Positions 9,143 to 18,505 of a DNA stretch of 62,152 nt are shown here, piece after piece. This DNA is from a candidate division WOR-3 bacterium (GTDB lineage: Bacteria; Hydrothermota; Tepidihabitantia; Tepidihabitantales; Tepidihabitantaceae): NCBI GenBank assembly GCA_965649205.1, contig CBFGJV010000014.1, forward strand, positions 1-62,152. The letters are read 5' to 3'. The notes beneath the pieces were generated by a model that ran no database searches, had not been told where the DNA came from, and was given only the letters and a program-made list of their open reading frames with translations. The translations under genes were made by a program, and so were the position numbers. How positions within the stretch are numbered: the first letter of the stretch is position 1; each line of letters begins with the position of its first letter.

Positions 9143-10084
9143 CTAAATGAAAAGGGAACTTACCGAGTCTCCGCGGTGGATGCGCAGTATGGCTTCGGCC
9201 AATAGCGGAGCAACGGAAAGTACCTCAATCTTTTCACTTTTCTGTTCTGGTTTCAAGGCTATGGTGTCTGTCAGAATGACCCGGCTGATGCAGGAGTTGG
9301 CGATGCGGGCCAGCGCAGCGTTGGACAAGACGCCATGCGTGGCCAGGGCTCTGATACTTTTCGCGCCCTCCTTTTCCAAAGCCTCTGCCGCACCGACCAG
9401 AGTCCCGCCGGTATCTATCATATCGTCGTAGATGAGAGCGTCCTTTCCTTCAACCTCTCCTACTACATTCATCACTGTGGCCTGATTGGGCCCGGCGCGT
9501 CGCTTGTCGATGATAGCTATAGGCACTTCGGTGCCCAGGCGACGGGCAAACCCGCGCGCCCGGTTCGCCCGACCGGCATCCGGGGCTACTATGACCAGGT
9601 TGGCTTTGTCGGAGTGACTGAGGTAGTCCAAAAAAATCGGGACTGTGTACAGGTGATCAACCGGAATGTCAAAGAAGCCCTGTATCTGGTCGGCGTGAAG
9701 CTCTATGGTAAGGATGCGGTCGGCTCCGGCCCGTACCAGAAGGTTGGCAATGAGCTTGGCAGACAGCGGTACACGCGGCTCATCTTTTCGGTCTTGGCGC
9801 GCGTAGCCATAGTAGGGAATGACGGCGGTGATGCGCTCGGCCGAAGCCCGTCTCAGCGCATCAATCATCAGCAGTAGCTCAAGTATGTTTTCGGCAGGAG
9901 AATGGGTGGACTGGATGACAAAAACGTCAGAGCCGCGTACGCTCTCGCCGATGTTTACCCGTATTTCTCCGTCGGCGAAGTTGCGTACTTCTGCAGTGCC
10001 GAGAGATGTCTCAAGCTGGAGACAGATTTTCTCTGCCAAGGGTCGGTTTGACCGCCCACTGAATATTTTCAGCTGTGCTTGCAT
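9143..10084 (-). CDS. prs: ribose-phosphate pyrophosphokinase
   Basis: FADGE, YYGYARQDRK, DDMIDTGGT, ATHG. Confidence 0.97.
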   Translation of the reverse strand: MQAQLKIFSGRSNRPLAEKICLQLETSLGTAEVRNFADGEIRVNIGESVRGSDVFVIQSTHSPAENILELLLMIDALRRASAERITAVIPYYGYARQDRKDEPRVPLSAKLIANLLVRAGADRILTIELHADQIQGFFDIPVDHLYTVPIFLDYLSHSDKANLVIVAPDAGRANRARGFARRLGTEVPIAIIDKRRAGPNQATVMNVVGEVEGKDALIYDDMIDTGGTLVGAAEALEKEGAKSIRALATHGVLSNAALARIANSCISRVILTDTIALKPEQKSEKIEVLSVAPLLAEAILRIHRGDSVSSLFI

Positions 10085-10151
10085 AGTTTCTCTCTTTCTG
10101 CAAAGTCCTTATCTTAACCTGGCTCGCTGTCTGCAGGAGCCGGGCCATACT

Positions 10152-10223
10152 CTGGGGCGGGAGGAGTCGAACCTCCACAACAGGATCCAAAATCCTGGGT
10201 CCTGCCAGTTAGACGACACCCCA
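10152..10223 (-). tRNA. tRNA-Gln (UUG), CCA not encoded
   Basis: TGGGGTGTCGTCTAACTGGCAGGACCCAGGATTTTGGATCCTGTTGTGGAGGTTCGACTCCTCCCGCCCCAG folds as a cloverleaf with anticodon TTG; the ispE-tRNA-Gln-prs order is a conserved context. Confidence 0.95.
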
Positions 10224-10259
10224 ACTGTTACACACCGGTGCTTCACTGCGCACTGTCTG

Positions 10260-11198
10260 TTATACGCTTTCGGTCTGGATGGTGCGGGTCCGGATGCAGG
10301 ATATGCCTTGCCGTTCTAGTGCGGCCATCGGGTCCTGCCGGTCCCGTTTCACCAGGCCAAAGACCGTACTGCCGGAACCGGACAGACTGGCAAGTAAACA
10401 ACCTGCATCCAGCATGGCGCGTTTTACGCGTTTCAAGTGTGGAAACCTGTTGAAGACTGGCATCTCAAAGCTGTTGCTGACCAGCCCTGCCGTCTGTTCC
10501 AGTTCACCTTGCCTCAGTTTGCGCGCCAGTATCTTAGGAGAAAAGGGCTTCTCTGTCAACTGCCGGTCCGCGAAGGGGTCGGCAGGACTAGAGGCGAGCG
10601 GACCGCCTTTTGCTTTCGTATGCGTTCTCATACGGTCAAGGGCGGCGTAAGCCCAAGTGGTGGATATGGGATAACCGGGATAGTGCAGAAGCACTTCTAG
10701 GCAGGGAAGGTTCAGGGAGCGGACCTTTTCTCCCCGGCCTCGGACAACACAGGGTTTGGCGAGAAGCAGAGCGGGTATATCACTTCCCAGTCGTGCGGCG
10801 ATACGGCGGAGGCGTTCAGGAGGAAGAGCCTGTTCATGGAGAAGGTTCAGACCTTTCAGAATTGCGGCAGCGTCGCTGGAACCGCCTCCCAGTCCGGCGC
10901 CAACCGGTATTCTCTTGCGGATGTGGATGCGACATCCGGCCCGAACGCCCAGAGCGGCAAAAAAAGCCTGGGCGGCAGAGTAGGCAAGATTTCCCGGTCC
11001 GGATGGGATGGCAGGGTCATCAGTTTTGACCGTAATGCCGGAAGGAAGCAAGGTAATACTGACAATATCGCACAGTTCCAGGGGAACGATTATGCTCACT
11101 ATCTCGTGATAGCCGTCCGCTCTTTTTGGACCGACCCAGAGGCCCAGGTTTATCTTGGCAGGTGCTTTCAGGACGGCGCGCGACGTTTTCCGTTTCAT
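10260..11198 (-). CDS. ispE: 4-diphosphocytidyl-2-C-methyl-D-erythritol kinase
   Basis: APAKINLGL, DGYHE, KRIPVGAGLGGGSSDAA, GSD, LSGSGS. Confidence 0.96.
   Translation of the reverse strand: MKRKTSRAVLKAPAKINLGLWVGPKRADGYHEIVSIIVPLELCDIVSITLLPSGITVKTDDPAIPSGPGNLAYSAAQAFFAALGVRAGCRIHIRKRIPVGAGLGGGSSDAAAILKGLNLLHEQALPPERLRRIAARLGSDIPALLLAKPCVVRGRGEKVRSLNLPCLEVLLHYPGYPISTTWAYAALDRMRTHTKAKGGPLASSPADPFADRQLTEKPFSPKILARKLRQGELEQTAGLVSNSFEMPVFNRFPHLKRVKRAMLDAGCLLASLSGSGSTVFGLVKRDRQDPMAALERQGISCIRTRTIQTESV
10531..10559 (-). promoter_or_regulatory. internal sigma-70 promoter within ispE driving tRNA-Gln/prs
   Basis: Minus strand TTGACA-17 nt-TAAGAT. Confidence 0.6.
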
Positions 11199-11222
11199 GC
11201 CCCGATTTTCATCTGGCCAATC

Positions 11223-13745
11223 TTATTCCCGTAACCACAGGGAGGCAGTGGTAACCCGCCAGTTGGGGTCGAAGAAACCGGCGGCTCTCACGCCGGCCCA
11301 GGCCCAGCGGCGTACGGTGTTGTCATAGATGACATAGTCGGGTATTCCGGTGCCGCCGGACGCCAGTAAACCCCAAAAGTTGGATAACTTTGTATGCTCT
11401 CTGTTTGTCCCCATGCGGACGAGCAGGAGTTTCTGGGGATTTTCCGGATTGGGATAGACAAAAACACAGGCCAGGTCAGGACCAAGACATTTGTTCTGCA
11501 GGTACATACGACCCTGCCGCACCTGTAGCGGCAGGTGACGGGATATGCGGCGGGTGTAGCTGTTTTCCTCCCTGCCGCCATACAATATCAGGTTATACTT
11601 TGCTGCCACTGCCGGGGTGACTTCTGTGTCGGGCAGTACTTCCGACAGTCCATTTCCCCGCTGCCACCAGCGCATTGCTTCCTGGACAGCGGCATGGCGC
11701 AGAAAGTCAGTCAACGTTGGGTCCTGGGTGCCATAGACCAGCGCGAAGGGACGAAAATAGGCCTGTCGCGCCGGACCGTACACAGATGGGGTTTTGGTAA
11801 GACGTTGGGAACCGGGTTCCTTTTTTCTCCAGACGTTACGTGCGCGAGAAAGGCGAATTACCGCAGGAAGGGAAACGACCTTTCCCAAATTCTGGCCGTC
11901 GACTGTAAGACGGGGTGTGGTGGCAAAGAAGAGTCGTTCGTCCAGATGGAGGGTAATCTGGGCTATGTTTCTGGTTTCTATGCTGATGAGGGTATCAGAA
12001 GCCCAGGCTTCGATTTCTGCCATACGTCCCACTGTCCGGACACGGTCAATCGTTAGCCAGTAGGCACGGTTGGACTGACCCAAATCAGCGGTACGGAATC
12101 GGATATGGCGCGGTCCGGGGTTGCGGCGGCGCACTTTTAGGAAGTTCATCAGGTCCGGGTCGTCCACAACACAGAGGCTTTCAGATTCGTATTGCCACCA
12201 GTGTCCGCGGCCCGGCACTTCCTTGTAATGGTACTCGTAACCTAACTCGCTCAGCCAGAGGGCGAAGTTGCGGCCGTGGAAGGTGGGCACATTGTCGTCT
12301 TCTCCGCCGTGCAGGATGAATACCGGCAGGTTGGCGGCGTTGGTAAGGTGCACTACCGTGTTGTCGGTGGCCATGACGCGGTCACGTATGCTTATTTGTT
12401 CCGGCTCGGCAAAAATCAAGCTGCGTTGCAAGAACCAGGGCAGATAGAGAGGAATAGTGGGCCAGCCGGCCAGGGCTGCCAGGGCGGCGAAGCGGTCGGG
12501 ATGGGCAAGTCCGATATGCCAAGTTCCGTGTCCACCCATGGAGTGACCGGTGAGCAGGACACGGTCCGGGTCTATAGGCAGGCGGGCGAGCAGGTAATCC
12601 AGAACTTCTAGGGCGTCCAAACGGCCCCAGTCCTGCCAGTCAAAGCCGTACGGCCGTCGATTTGTAGGGCAGACAACGAAGGCCCAGTCCTTGGGTTTAA
12701 AACATTCTATCAGGCCTGCTGCTTCCACACTGGCACCGTGGAGCGAGAGGATGAGGGCATATTTGTGCGCGGGATTGTAGTTGCGGGGATAAAGTATGCC
12801 ATAGTACTGGCAGGAGCCGTCCATAGCGGAGATAAAGGTTTCTTTGCGGGGCTGGGCAATGGTTCTGACGCGAAGCAGGAGCGTGTCAGAAAATGTGTCA
12901 AGGCTTGTCTCGACCCGGCAGAGCAGGCGGATCTGGGTGCTGTCTTGGGAGAGAGCGGGCAGTTTGGCGAGCAGAGGCACCTTTTTTGTTCCGAGGCCGG
13001 GGAGGTTGTGAATCGTAGTTTCGGCGATTATGTTGTCGCGGTGCAGCAGGAGAACGCGTATGCTGTCTATGCGTTCGTCGGTCGTGTTTACCAGCGGCAG
13101 TCCGCACCAGGCGGAAAGGCTGGAGTCAGCTATGGCGTCGGGTAGGGTGACGTCTGCACTCAGAATGACAACCCGGCACGGAGCTGGTGTCAGCAGGAAG
13201 CGAAACTGCTGGTCGCCAAAGCCGGCCAGCGATACCAGCAGGCGGTTAGGACCGGAGTCCAGCAGCACGGGTTGAATGTATTTTCCTGTACCGTACACAT
13301 CGCCCTGATACGTTATTCCGTTCAGGTAAAAGGAAGCTGCCTTTGGGGCGATGGCCAGTGCGCGACAGCGTTGGGGAAGAACGAATTCGGTGTAGGCGTA
13401 CCCGGCGGCGAGTAGGGCGGGGGTGCCGTAGTAATTGCGGAGTGAGTCCCAGCTGACATTCTGGTAGTCCGTGTTCACCCAGCCGGCAGAATCAGCGCTC
13501 GCCCGGCGGCAGACGGTCACACCCGAAGTCATCAGCGCCGAGCGGAAGGAATCGCCTTCCTGGGGTTGAAACTGGGCCGGGTCGGTTATTACTCCGGTGA
13601 GTCCTTCCCGTACGCCGATGGAGAAAGGACCACATATTCTCCAGTCTCGCAGCGTCAGCGTGTCGGCAATGCTTGCCGGTACTGCGACTGCTCTTGTGGT
13701 TTGCCAAGCCAGTAAAAGGGAGGCAAGCAGGAAGTTAAGTCGCAT
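11223..13745 (-). CDS. secreted alpha/beta hydrolase (prolyl oligopeptidase/esterase-like)
   Basis: Signal peptide; LHGA, nucleophile GHSMGG, HGGEDDNV (Asp), GRGHWW (His). Confidence 0.8.
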   Translation of the reverse strand: MRLNFLLASLLLAWQTTRAVAVPASIADTLTLRDWRICGPFSIGVREGLTGVITDPAQFQPQEGDSFRSALMTSGVTVCRRASADSAGWVNTDYQNVSWDSLRNYYGTPALLAAGYAYTEFVLPQRCRALAIAPKAASFYLNGITYQGDVYGTGKYIQPVLLDSGPNRLLVSLAGFGDQQFRFLLTPAPCRVVILSADVTLPDAIADSSLSAWCGLPLVNTTDERIDSIRVLLLHRDNIIAETTIHNLPGLGTKKVPLLAKLPALSQDSTQIRLLCRVETSLDTFSDTLLLRVRTIAQPRKETFISAMDGSCQYYGILYPRNYNPAHKYALILSLHGASVEAAGLIECFKPKDWAFVVCPTNRRPYGFDWQDWGRLDALEVLDYLLARLPIDPDRVLLTGHSMGGHGTWHIGLAHPDRFAALAALAGWPTIPLYLPWFLQRSLIFAEPEQISIRDRVMATDNTVVHLTNAANLPVFILHGGEDDNVPTFHGRNFALWLSELGYEYHYKEVPGRGHWWQYESESLCVVDDPDLMNFLKVRRRNPGPRHIRFRTADLGQSNRAYWLTIDRVRTVGRMAEIEAWASDTLISIETRNIAQITLHLDERLFFATTPRLTVDGQNLGKVVSLPAVIRLSRARNVWRKKEPGSQRLTKTPSVYGPARQAYFRPFALVYGTQDPTLTDFLRHAAVQEAMRWWQRGNGLSEVLPDTEVTPAVAAKYNLILYGGREENSYTRRISRHLPLQVRQGRMYLQNKCLGPDLACVFVYPNPENPQKLLLVRMGTNREHTKLSNFWGLLASGGTGIPDYVIYDNTVRRWAWAGVRAAGFFDPNWRVTTASLWLRE

Positions 13746-13779
13746 GTGGCGTGCTAGTATATCCTTTCCTTCTTCCGGG

Positions 13780-14511
13780 TCAAAGGCTAGCGGGACTGGA
13801 GGGCAGAACGGGGATGACGGCGGTATTTTGCGGGGAAGAGGGGCAGATTCTTTCTAAGGGGCAGTTCGGACATATGGGATTGGTGCGGCAGTGGGTCTTG
13901 GCAAGGCGCACCAAAAGGGCGTGGTATTCGTTGTAAAGCCGACTGCTGCGGGGGAGGTTTTGGTGAAACCAGGATTGGATTTCAGAGTAGGATTCATTGC
14001 CGCGAGCCAGACCAAGACGACGGAGAATACGTCGGGTGTAGGCGTCCACCACGAACACGGGGCGATTCAGGGCGTAGAGAAGAATAGAATCAGCCGTTTC
14101 CGGACCTATGCCAGGACAGCTGAGCAGTTGGCTTCGCAGTTTTGCAGTTGGTGTCCGTCGGAGGCCGGCAATACCGCCCCGGGCCGATAACCATTTTGCC
14201 ATCGCCAAGAGTCTATCTGCTTTCTGATTGTGGTAACCGGCGGGTCTTATGCATAGAGCCAAGTGATGGCGCGAAACCCGTTTGAGAGCGGCAATACTCA
14301 AGAGCCGATTCTGCCGCAAATGTTCTATCGCCCTTTCCACATTTCGCCAATTCGTGTTCTGCGTCAGTATTGCGCCGACAATGACTTCCCAGGGTGAGTC
14401 TGCCGGCCACCAGTGCTGGGGACCGAAGGCGGCGTACAAGAGGTGGTAAATGGTCTGGAGAGAAGAAGGCGATTTTACTGACGGGTCAGATTGACTACTA
14501 CTCAGACACAC
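13780..14511 (-). CDS. endonuclease III-related HhH-GPD DNA glycosylase
   Basis: GPQHWWP, GAILTQNTNW, GIGPETADSILLYA, VVDAY, Fe-S motif CRTNPICPNCPLERIC. Start uncertain. Confidence 0.9.
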   Translation of the reverse strand: MCLSSSQSDPSVKSPSSLQTIYHLLYAAFGPQHWWPADSPWEVIVGAILTQNTNWRNVERAIEHLRQNRLLSIAALKRVSRHHLALCIRPAGYHNQKADRLLAMAKWLSARGGIAGLRRTPTAKLRSQLLSCPGIGPETADSILLYALNRPVFVVDAYTRRILRRLGLARGNESYSEIQSWFHQNLPRSSRLYNEYHALLVRLAKTHCRTNPICPNCPLERICPSSPQNTAVIPVLPSSPASL

Positions 14512-16585
14512 GGCGGAAGGAGTCGGGTCTGGCCGGCGGGCGCAGGGAGTGAAGCGGGCAGGGAGTCGTGGGTTCGGTTCCTTTCAAGAAAACTTCGTAG
14601 CGTACCCGAGGACAGTGAGGAGTAGCCAATTTGCCGGATTGTTCGCAGACCGGAGCCGTGGTTATGCTGTCAGGTACGGGAAAACTTTTGACAGTGTCCG
14701 CAGGTACCTGTTTCATAAAGTCAGCCCATATGGGTGCGGCGATGCCTCCGCCAGTTGCTCCCCGGAAGATGGTTTTCTTGCGGTCGTAGCCCAGCCAGAC
14801 TCCAGTGCAGAGAGTGGGAGTGTAGCCTATGAAGGAAGCGTCAGTATAGTCATCTGTGGTGCCGGTTTTTCCTGCGGCCGGACCGGTGTAGCCTAAGCTG
14901 CGAATAACCGAGGCAGTGCCTTCATCAACCACGCTGGTAAGCAGGCTGGTGACCAGATAGGCGGTTTGGGGGCGAAGCACCGGTTGAATCTGGGGGTGGT
15001 TTTCTTCCAGGAGCTTTCCCTGGTGGTCTCGAATGCTCTGGATAAGGAACGGTTTGACGCGGGAACCGCCATTGGCCAGAGTGGCATAGGCTGCCGTCAT
15101 TTCCAGAAGGGTGATTTCCACCGAACCCAGCGCCAGCGAATAGTAAGGCGGCAGTTTCTGATTTATGCCCATCAGATTGGCGTAGCGGGCGATCAATTCC
15201 GGACCGAGACGTTGGGCTACCCGAACAGCGGGCAGGTTGCGGGAAAGCGCTACGGCTCGGCGGACGGTTACCGGTCCGAGAAACTTGTTGTCGTAATTCT
15301 GCGGTCGGTAGGGAGGTTGACCGGGAATGCTTATTTCCAGAGCCGAATCCTGGATAATGTCGCAACAGGTAAAACCATTGTCTATCGCAGCGGTGTAAAG
15401 AAAGGGTTTGAACGCAGAGCCTACCTGTCTTCTGGCCTGGGTGGCGCGATTGTATTCGCTTTGTCTGAAATCGCGGCCACCCACCATGGCCAGAATAGAG
15501 CCGTCGCGGACGTCCAGGCACACCAGAGCTGCCTGCAGGTATTCAGGCGGTCCAATGGTGGAATCGCGTGCAAACGCGGAATCGTACCAGGACTTCGGCT
15601 TTTTCAGACCATAGTCTCTTTCCAGACGTGAAACACGCTCGGCCACAGCGCGACTAGCGGCGGTTTGATAGTCCAAATCCAGGGTACTGTACACCACCGC
15701 TCCGGACCGATAGACAAAATCAGGCCCGTAACGCGCAATGAGGTCCCGGCGGATATCCTCCACGAAGTAGGGCGCTTCGCTGAGCCCTTCTGCGCCTCGC
15801 TTTATTACCAGTTGTTCCTTGCGCGCCTGTTCGTATTCGGTCTCAGTTATGTAGCGCCCCTGCCTCAGTTTTTTGAGGAAAAAGTCGCGGCGGGCCAACA
15901 GACGTTCTGAGTGCTGATAGGGGGAGTAGACTGTCGGATTGGCCAGCATTGCCGCCAGGGTGGCGCATTCGGCCAGCGTGAGTTTGGAGACCGGTTTGGC
16001 AAAATAACGTTCTGCCGCAGCTTGTACGCCGTAAACCGAGCCGCCAAACCAGACCTGATTCAAATACATTTCCAGTATTTCCTGTTTGGAGAAGCGACGC
16101 TCCAGCTCTATGGCCAGAAGCATTTCCTTCAGCTTGCGGTCCAGGCTCCGTTCGTAGGTGAGAAACATGGAACGGGCCAGTTGCTGGGTTATGGTGGAGG
16201 TGCCCCGTAATTCTCCCGGACGACGTATGAATCCCCAGACGATACCGGGAATGCGGAGCAAGTCTATGCCCCAGTGCGAGTAAAACCTTCTGTCTTCAAC
16301 CGCTATTACTGCCTGTTTGAGCGGGTCGGGAATGCTGTCGAGCGGGACCGGGCGGCGGCGCTGTTCGTAAAACTCGTGTATAAGGCGTCCTTTGCGGTCC
16401 AAAACCCGCGTGGCAGCGGGAGCGCGGAAACGGGCTATTTCTTCTGGGGTGGGAAGGCCGGCACGCAGTTGCAGTAGTTTTACCGAGCCGCCAGTGAGCA
16501 AGGCAACGAGTACAAGGACGGCGAAAACTACTTTGGCTGTGCGTTTAGACTTCACCGGGATGAACGGAATAGGTCTGGTTTCCAC
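14498..16585 (-). CDS. class A penicillin-binding protein (PBP1A family)
   Basis: TM anchor; transglycosylase EDRRFYSHWG, GTSTITQQLAR, RKLKE; transpeptidase SAFK, SRN, KTG. Confidence 0.95.
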   Translation of the reverse strand: METRPIPFIPVKSKRTAKVVFAVLVLVALLTGGSVKLLQLRAGLPTPEEIARFRAPAATRVLDRKGRLIHEFYEQRRRPVPLDSIPDPLKQAVIAVEDRRFYSHWGIDLLRIPGIVWGFIRRPGELRGTSTITQQLARSMFLTYERSLDRKLKEMLLAIELERRFSKQEILEMYLNQVWFGGSVYGVQAAAERYFAKPVSKLTLAECATLAAMLANPTVYSPYQHSERLLARRDFFLKKLRQGRYITETEYEQARKEQLVIKRGAEGLSEAPYFVEDIRRDLIARYGPDFVYRSGAVVYSTLDLDYQTAASRAVAERVSRLERDYGLKKPKSWYDSAFARDSTIGPPEYLQAALVCLDVRDGSILAMVGGRDFRQSEYNRATQARRQVGSAFKPFLYTAAIDNGFTCCDIIQDSALEISIPGQPPYRPQNYDNKFLGPVTVRRAVALSRNLPAVRVAQRLGPELIARYANLMGINQKLPPYYSLALGSVEITLLEMTAAYATLANGGSRVKPFLIQSIRDHQGKLLEENHPQIQPVLRPQTAYLVTSLLTSVVDEGTASVIRSLGYTGPAAGKTGTTDDYTDASFIGYTPTLCTGVWLGYDRKKTIFRGATGGGIAAPIWADFMKQVPADTVKSFPVPDSITTAPVCEQSGKLATPHCPRVRYEVFLKGTEPTTPCPLHSLRPPARPDSFRRVSE

Positions 16586-16643
16586 TCAGAACCGCAGCTC
16601 CTGCGGACAAACAGGGGAAGGCGCGGGTAAGGGACAGGGCTAC

Positions 16644-17753
16644 TCATAGGGCTGGGGCAATGAGTTCCGCCAAATCAGCTATGCGTACCAGTTGTTCGGA
16701 GTTGGTGGTTCTTACCGCATCTTCCAGGGTCGACGTGCAGAAGGGGCAGGCAGTAGCGATGATTCGCGCCGGCAGAGCAAGCGCATCGCGGACCCTGATT
16801 TCGGCCAGCCTTTCCTTTCCTTCTGACTCAACCCACATCCTGCCGCCTCCTCCTTCGCAGCACAGACTGGTTTCGGCGCTACGGTCATACTCGACGAAGA
16901 GCTCGTCAGCGAGGGCGTGCAGCAACTTGCGGGGCTCGGCGAATACCTTGTTCTGTTTTCCCAGAAAGCAGGGGTCGTGATAAGTAACGCTCTCTTCCAG
17001 TTTGTGTCTGATACGGAGTTTGCCTTGTTCAAGCAGTTCGGCCAGTAACTGCGTATAGTGCATAACTGGAGAAACAAGGCCGGTGTAATCGTTTTTCAGC
17101 GCATTGAAGCAGTGGGGCGAGAGAGTAACTATACGTTCAGAGCGGACAGAATTGAGTTTTTCCGTGTTCTGGCGGGACATTTCTTCAAACAAACCCTCTT
17201 CGCCCAGCCGACGTTGCTCACTGCAACAGCAGCTTTCCTCTTCGCCGAGGACACCGAAGTCCACACCGGCAGATTGCAGGATGGTGACAAGGGCGCGGGC
17301 TGTCTTCTGACCCCGTTCGTCGTAACAGGCTGTACAGCAGACAAACAGCAGCGTGTTTACTCTTTCACCCGGTTTCAGTATCCTGATGGACAAACCGTCT
17401 GCCCAGCCCATTCGTTTTTCTCGCGCACGCGACCACGGATTGCCCTGCAGGAAAGTGCTTTCCAACGCAGTCTGAATACTGACTGCCATGCGTCCGCCCT
17501 CTACCAGCCGAGAACGTAGCGCGGTAACCAGGTAGGCGGGGTTGACATTTTTGGGACAGCGGAGGTTACAGGTTGTACAGGCGGTACATTCCCAGATGCC
17601 AAGTTGTGGGAGGTCGCCTGGTCGTAGAAGCGACTCCTGTTCGGCGAAAACCAGCTTCCTTACATTCAGGCTGGACTTTGTGGAAACCGGGCAGGCACCG
17701 GCGCATCTGCCGCATTGGATACAATTGCTGATGTGGTACTCTGTTTTTACCAT
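16644..17753 (-). CDS. Fe-S binding protein with CCG domains (HdrD/GlpC-like oxidoreductase)
   Basis: CIQCGRCAGACP, CTACTTCNLRCP, EESCC, YHDPCFLG, CCEGGGG, TACPFC. Start at ATG 17753 behind a leaderless promoter (TTGATT-16-TAGAAT). Confidence 0.88.
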   Translation of the reverse strand: MVKTEYHISNCIQCGRCAGACPVSTKSSLNVRKLVFAEQESLLRPGDLPQLGIWECTACTTCNLRCPKNVNPAYLVTALRSRLVEGGRMAVSIQTALESTFLQGNPWSRAREKRMGWADGLSIRILKPGERVNTLLFVCCTACYDERGQKTARALVTILQSAGVDFGVLGEEESCCCSEQRRLGEEGLFEEMSRQNTEKLNSVRSERIVTLSPHCFNALKNDYTGLVSPVMHYTQLLAELLEQGKLRIRHKLEESVTYHDPCFLGKQNKVFAEPRKLLHALADELFVEYDRSAETSLCCEGGGGRMWVESEGKERLAEIRVRDALALPARIIATACPFCTSTLEDAVRTTNSEQLVRIADLAELIAPAL

Positions 17754-18110
17754 TGGACGTGATTCTAGCTTGCCTGGTTGACAAATCAAGGGAGAACATG
17801 TCTTATTTCCGGCTCTCGTCTGGCAGCACATATTTGCGGTCAGTTGCCTGTTCTCGGGCAGCTTCTCTTCTGCCCGAACAGTCTGTGGGCTTGGGTCCAA
17901 CAGGATTGGGGAGCTCAGTCTCTTCTGTTTCTATTCCGCTGTTGGTTGCTTACCGGTCAGAGAAAGAACCGGGTATTATTCTTGTGGTAGCAATCTAACC
18001 TTTAATCCCGTCTGTATTTGACGGTACGGTTCATTCGCCGATGGTCAGGGAGCGAGCTGTTCGACTCTGCTAGCGACCAGGACAAAGAACTGGGGAGGTA
18101 GCGAGGAAGT

Positions 18111-18125
18111 TGGCACGGAAATTGA
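18111..18125 (+). promoter_or_regulatory. sigma-54-like promoter (-24/-12) immediately before the 12-bp array
   Basis: TGGCACGGAAATTGA versus consensus TGGCACGNNNNTTGC (one mismatch at -12). Confidence 0.4.
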
Positions 18126-18127
18126 GG

Positions 18128-18391
18128 GGGGGGTGACCCCCCGGGTGACCCCTAGGGTCACTTTTCGTGTCACCTGCCTAGTCAGCAGCGAGGCCACCGT
18201 TTGGCTAACTTACGGTATGAAATAGGGATACATCTTGAAACTTATAATCCGTATCAGCTTCGGATTGAACAGGGGGTTGAATATGGCCGTTATGCAGAGT
18301 GTCAGGTCCAGGTTGACTTGGGAAGTGAGGAGAGGGCTAAAGCGGAATTTGACTTGGGGAATGTTCTGCCCGTACAGCTCGGGTGCCAAGG
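18128..18391. repeat. degenerate tandem array with 12-bp period (T-N-A core)
   Basis: T-N-A recurs at 18134+12n: A in 19/19 and T in 17/19 consecutive units up to 18355; first units ggggggTGAccc, cccgggTGAccc, ctagggTCActt. Confidence 0.8.
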
Positions 18392-18468
18392 CCGGGGTGG
18401 AGATAAGGATGGCTGAGAGAGCAGGGGGAAGACGCAGGAGGTCTGGTTCAGAGCCAGGTTACGTGTGG

Positions 18469-18496
18469 TTGACAAGGTTTTTTGTCGGGCTAGTAT
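18469..18496 (+). promoter_or_regulatory. sigma-70 promoter of tRNA-Sec
   Basis: TTGACA-16 nt-TAGTAT, 9 nt before the tRNA. Confidence 0.75.
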
Positions 18497-18505
18497 GCTT
18501 CTGGT

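Noticed and set aside
16644..17753. Selenoprotein read-through in the CCG Fe-S gene near selC
   Set aside because: All motif positions are Cys codons, and the terminal TGA falls at the normal family C-terminus.
17845..17881. Hairpin CTGTTcTCGGGCAG...CTGCCCGAACAG as a riboswitch or terminator
   Set aside because: Isolated stem upstream of a promoter with no U-tract or aptamer motif that I can recognise.
17754..17900. Long N-terminal extensions in the track for the Fe-S protein, coaX, the S55 peptidase, the Xaa-Pro peptidase, rpsF and ychF
   Set aside because: Promoter positions, SD sites and ATGA overlaps support the shorter starts used above.
18128..18391. CRISPR array interpretation of the periodic tract
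   Set aside because: No 23-47-bp identical repeats with spacers and no cas genes in the window.
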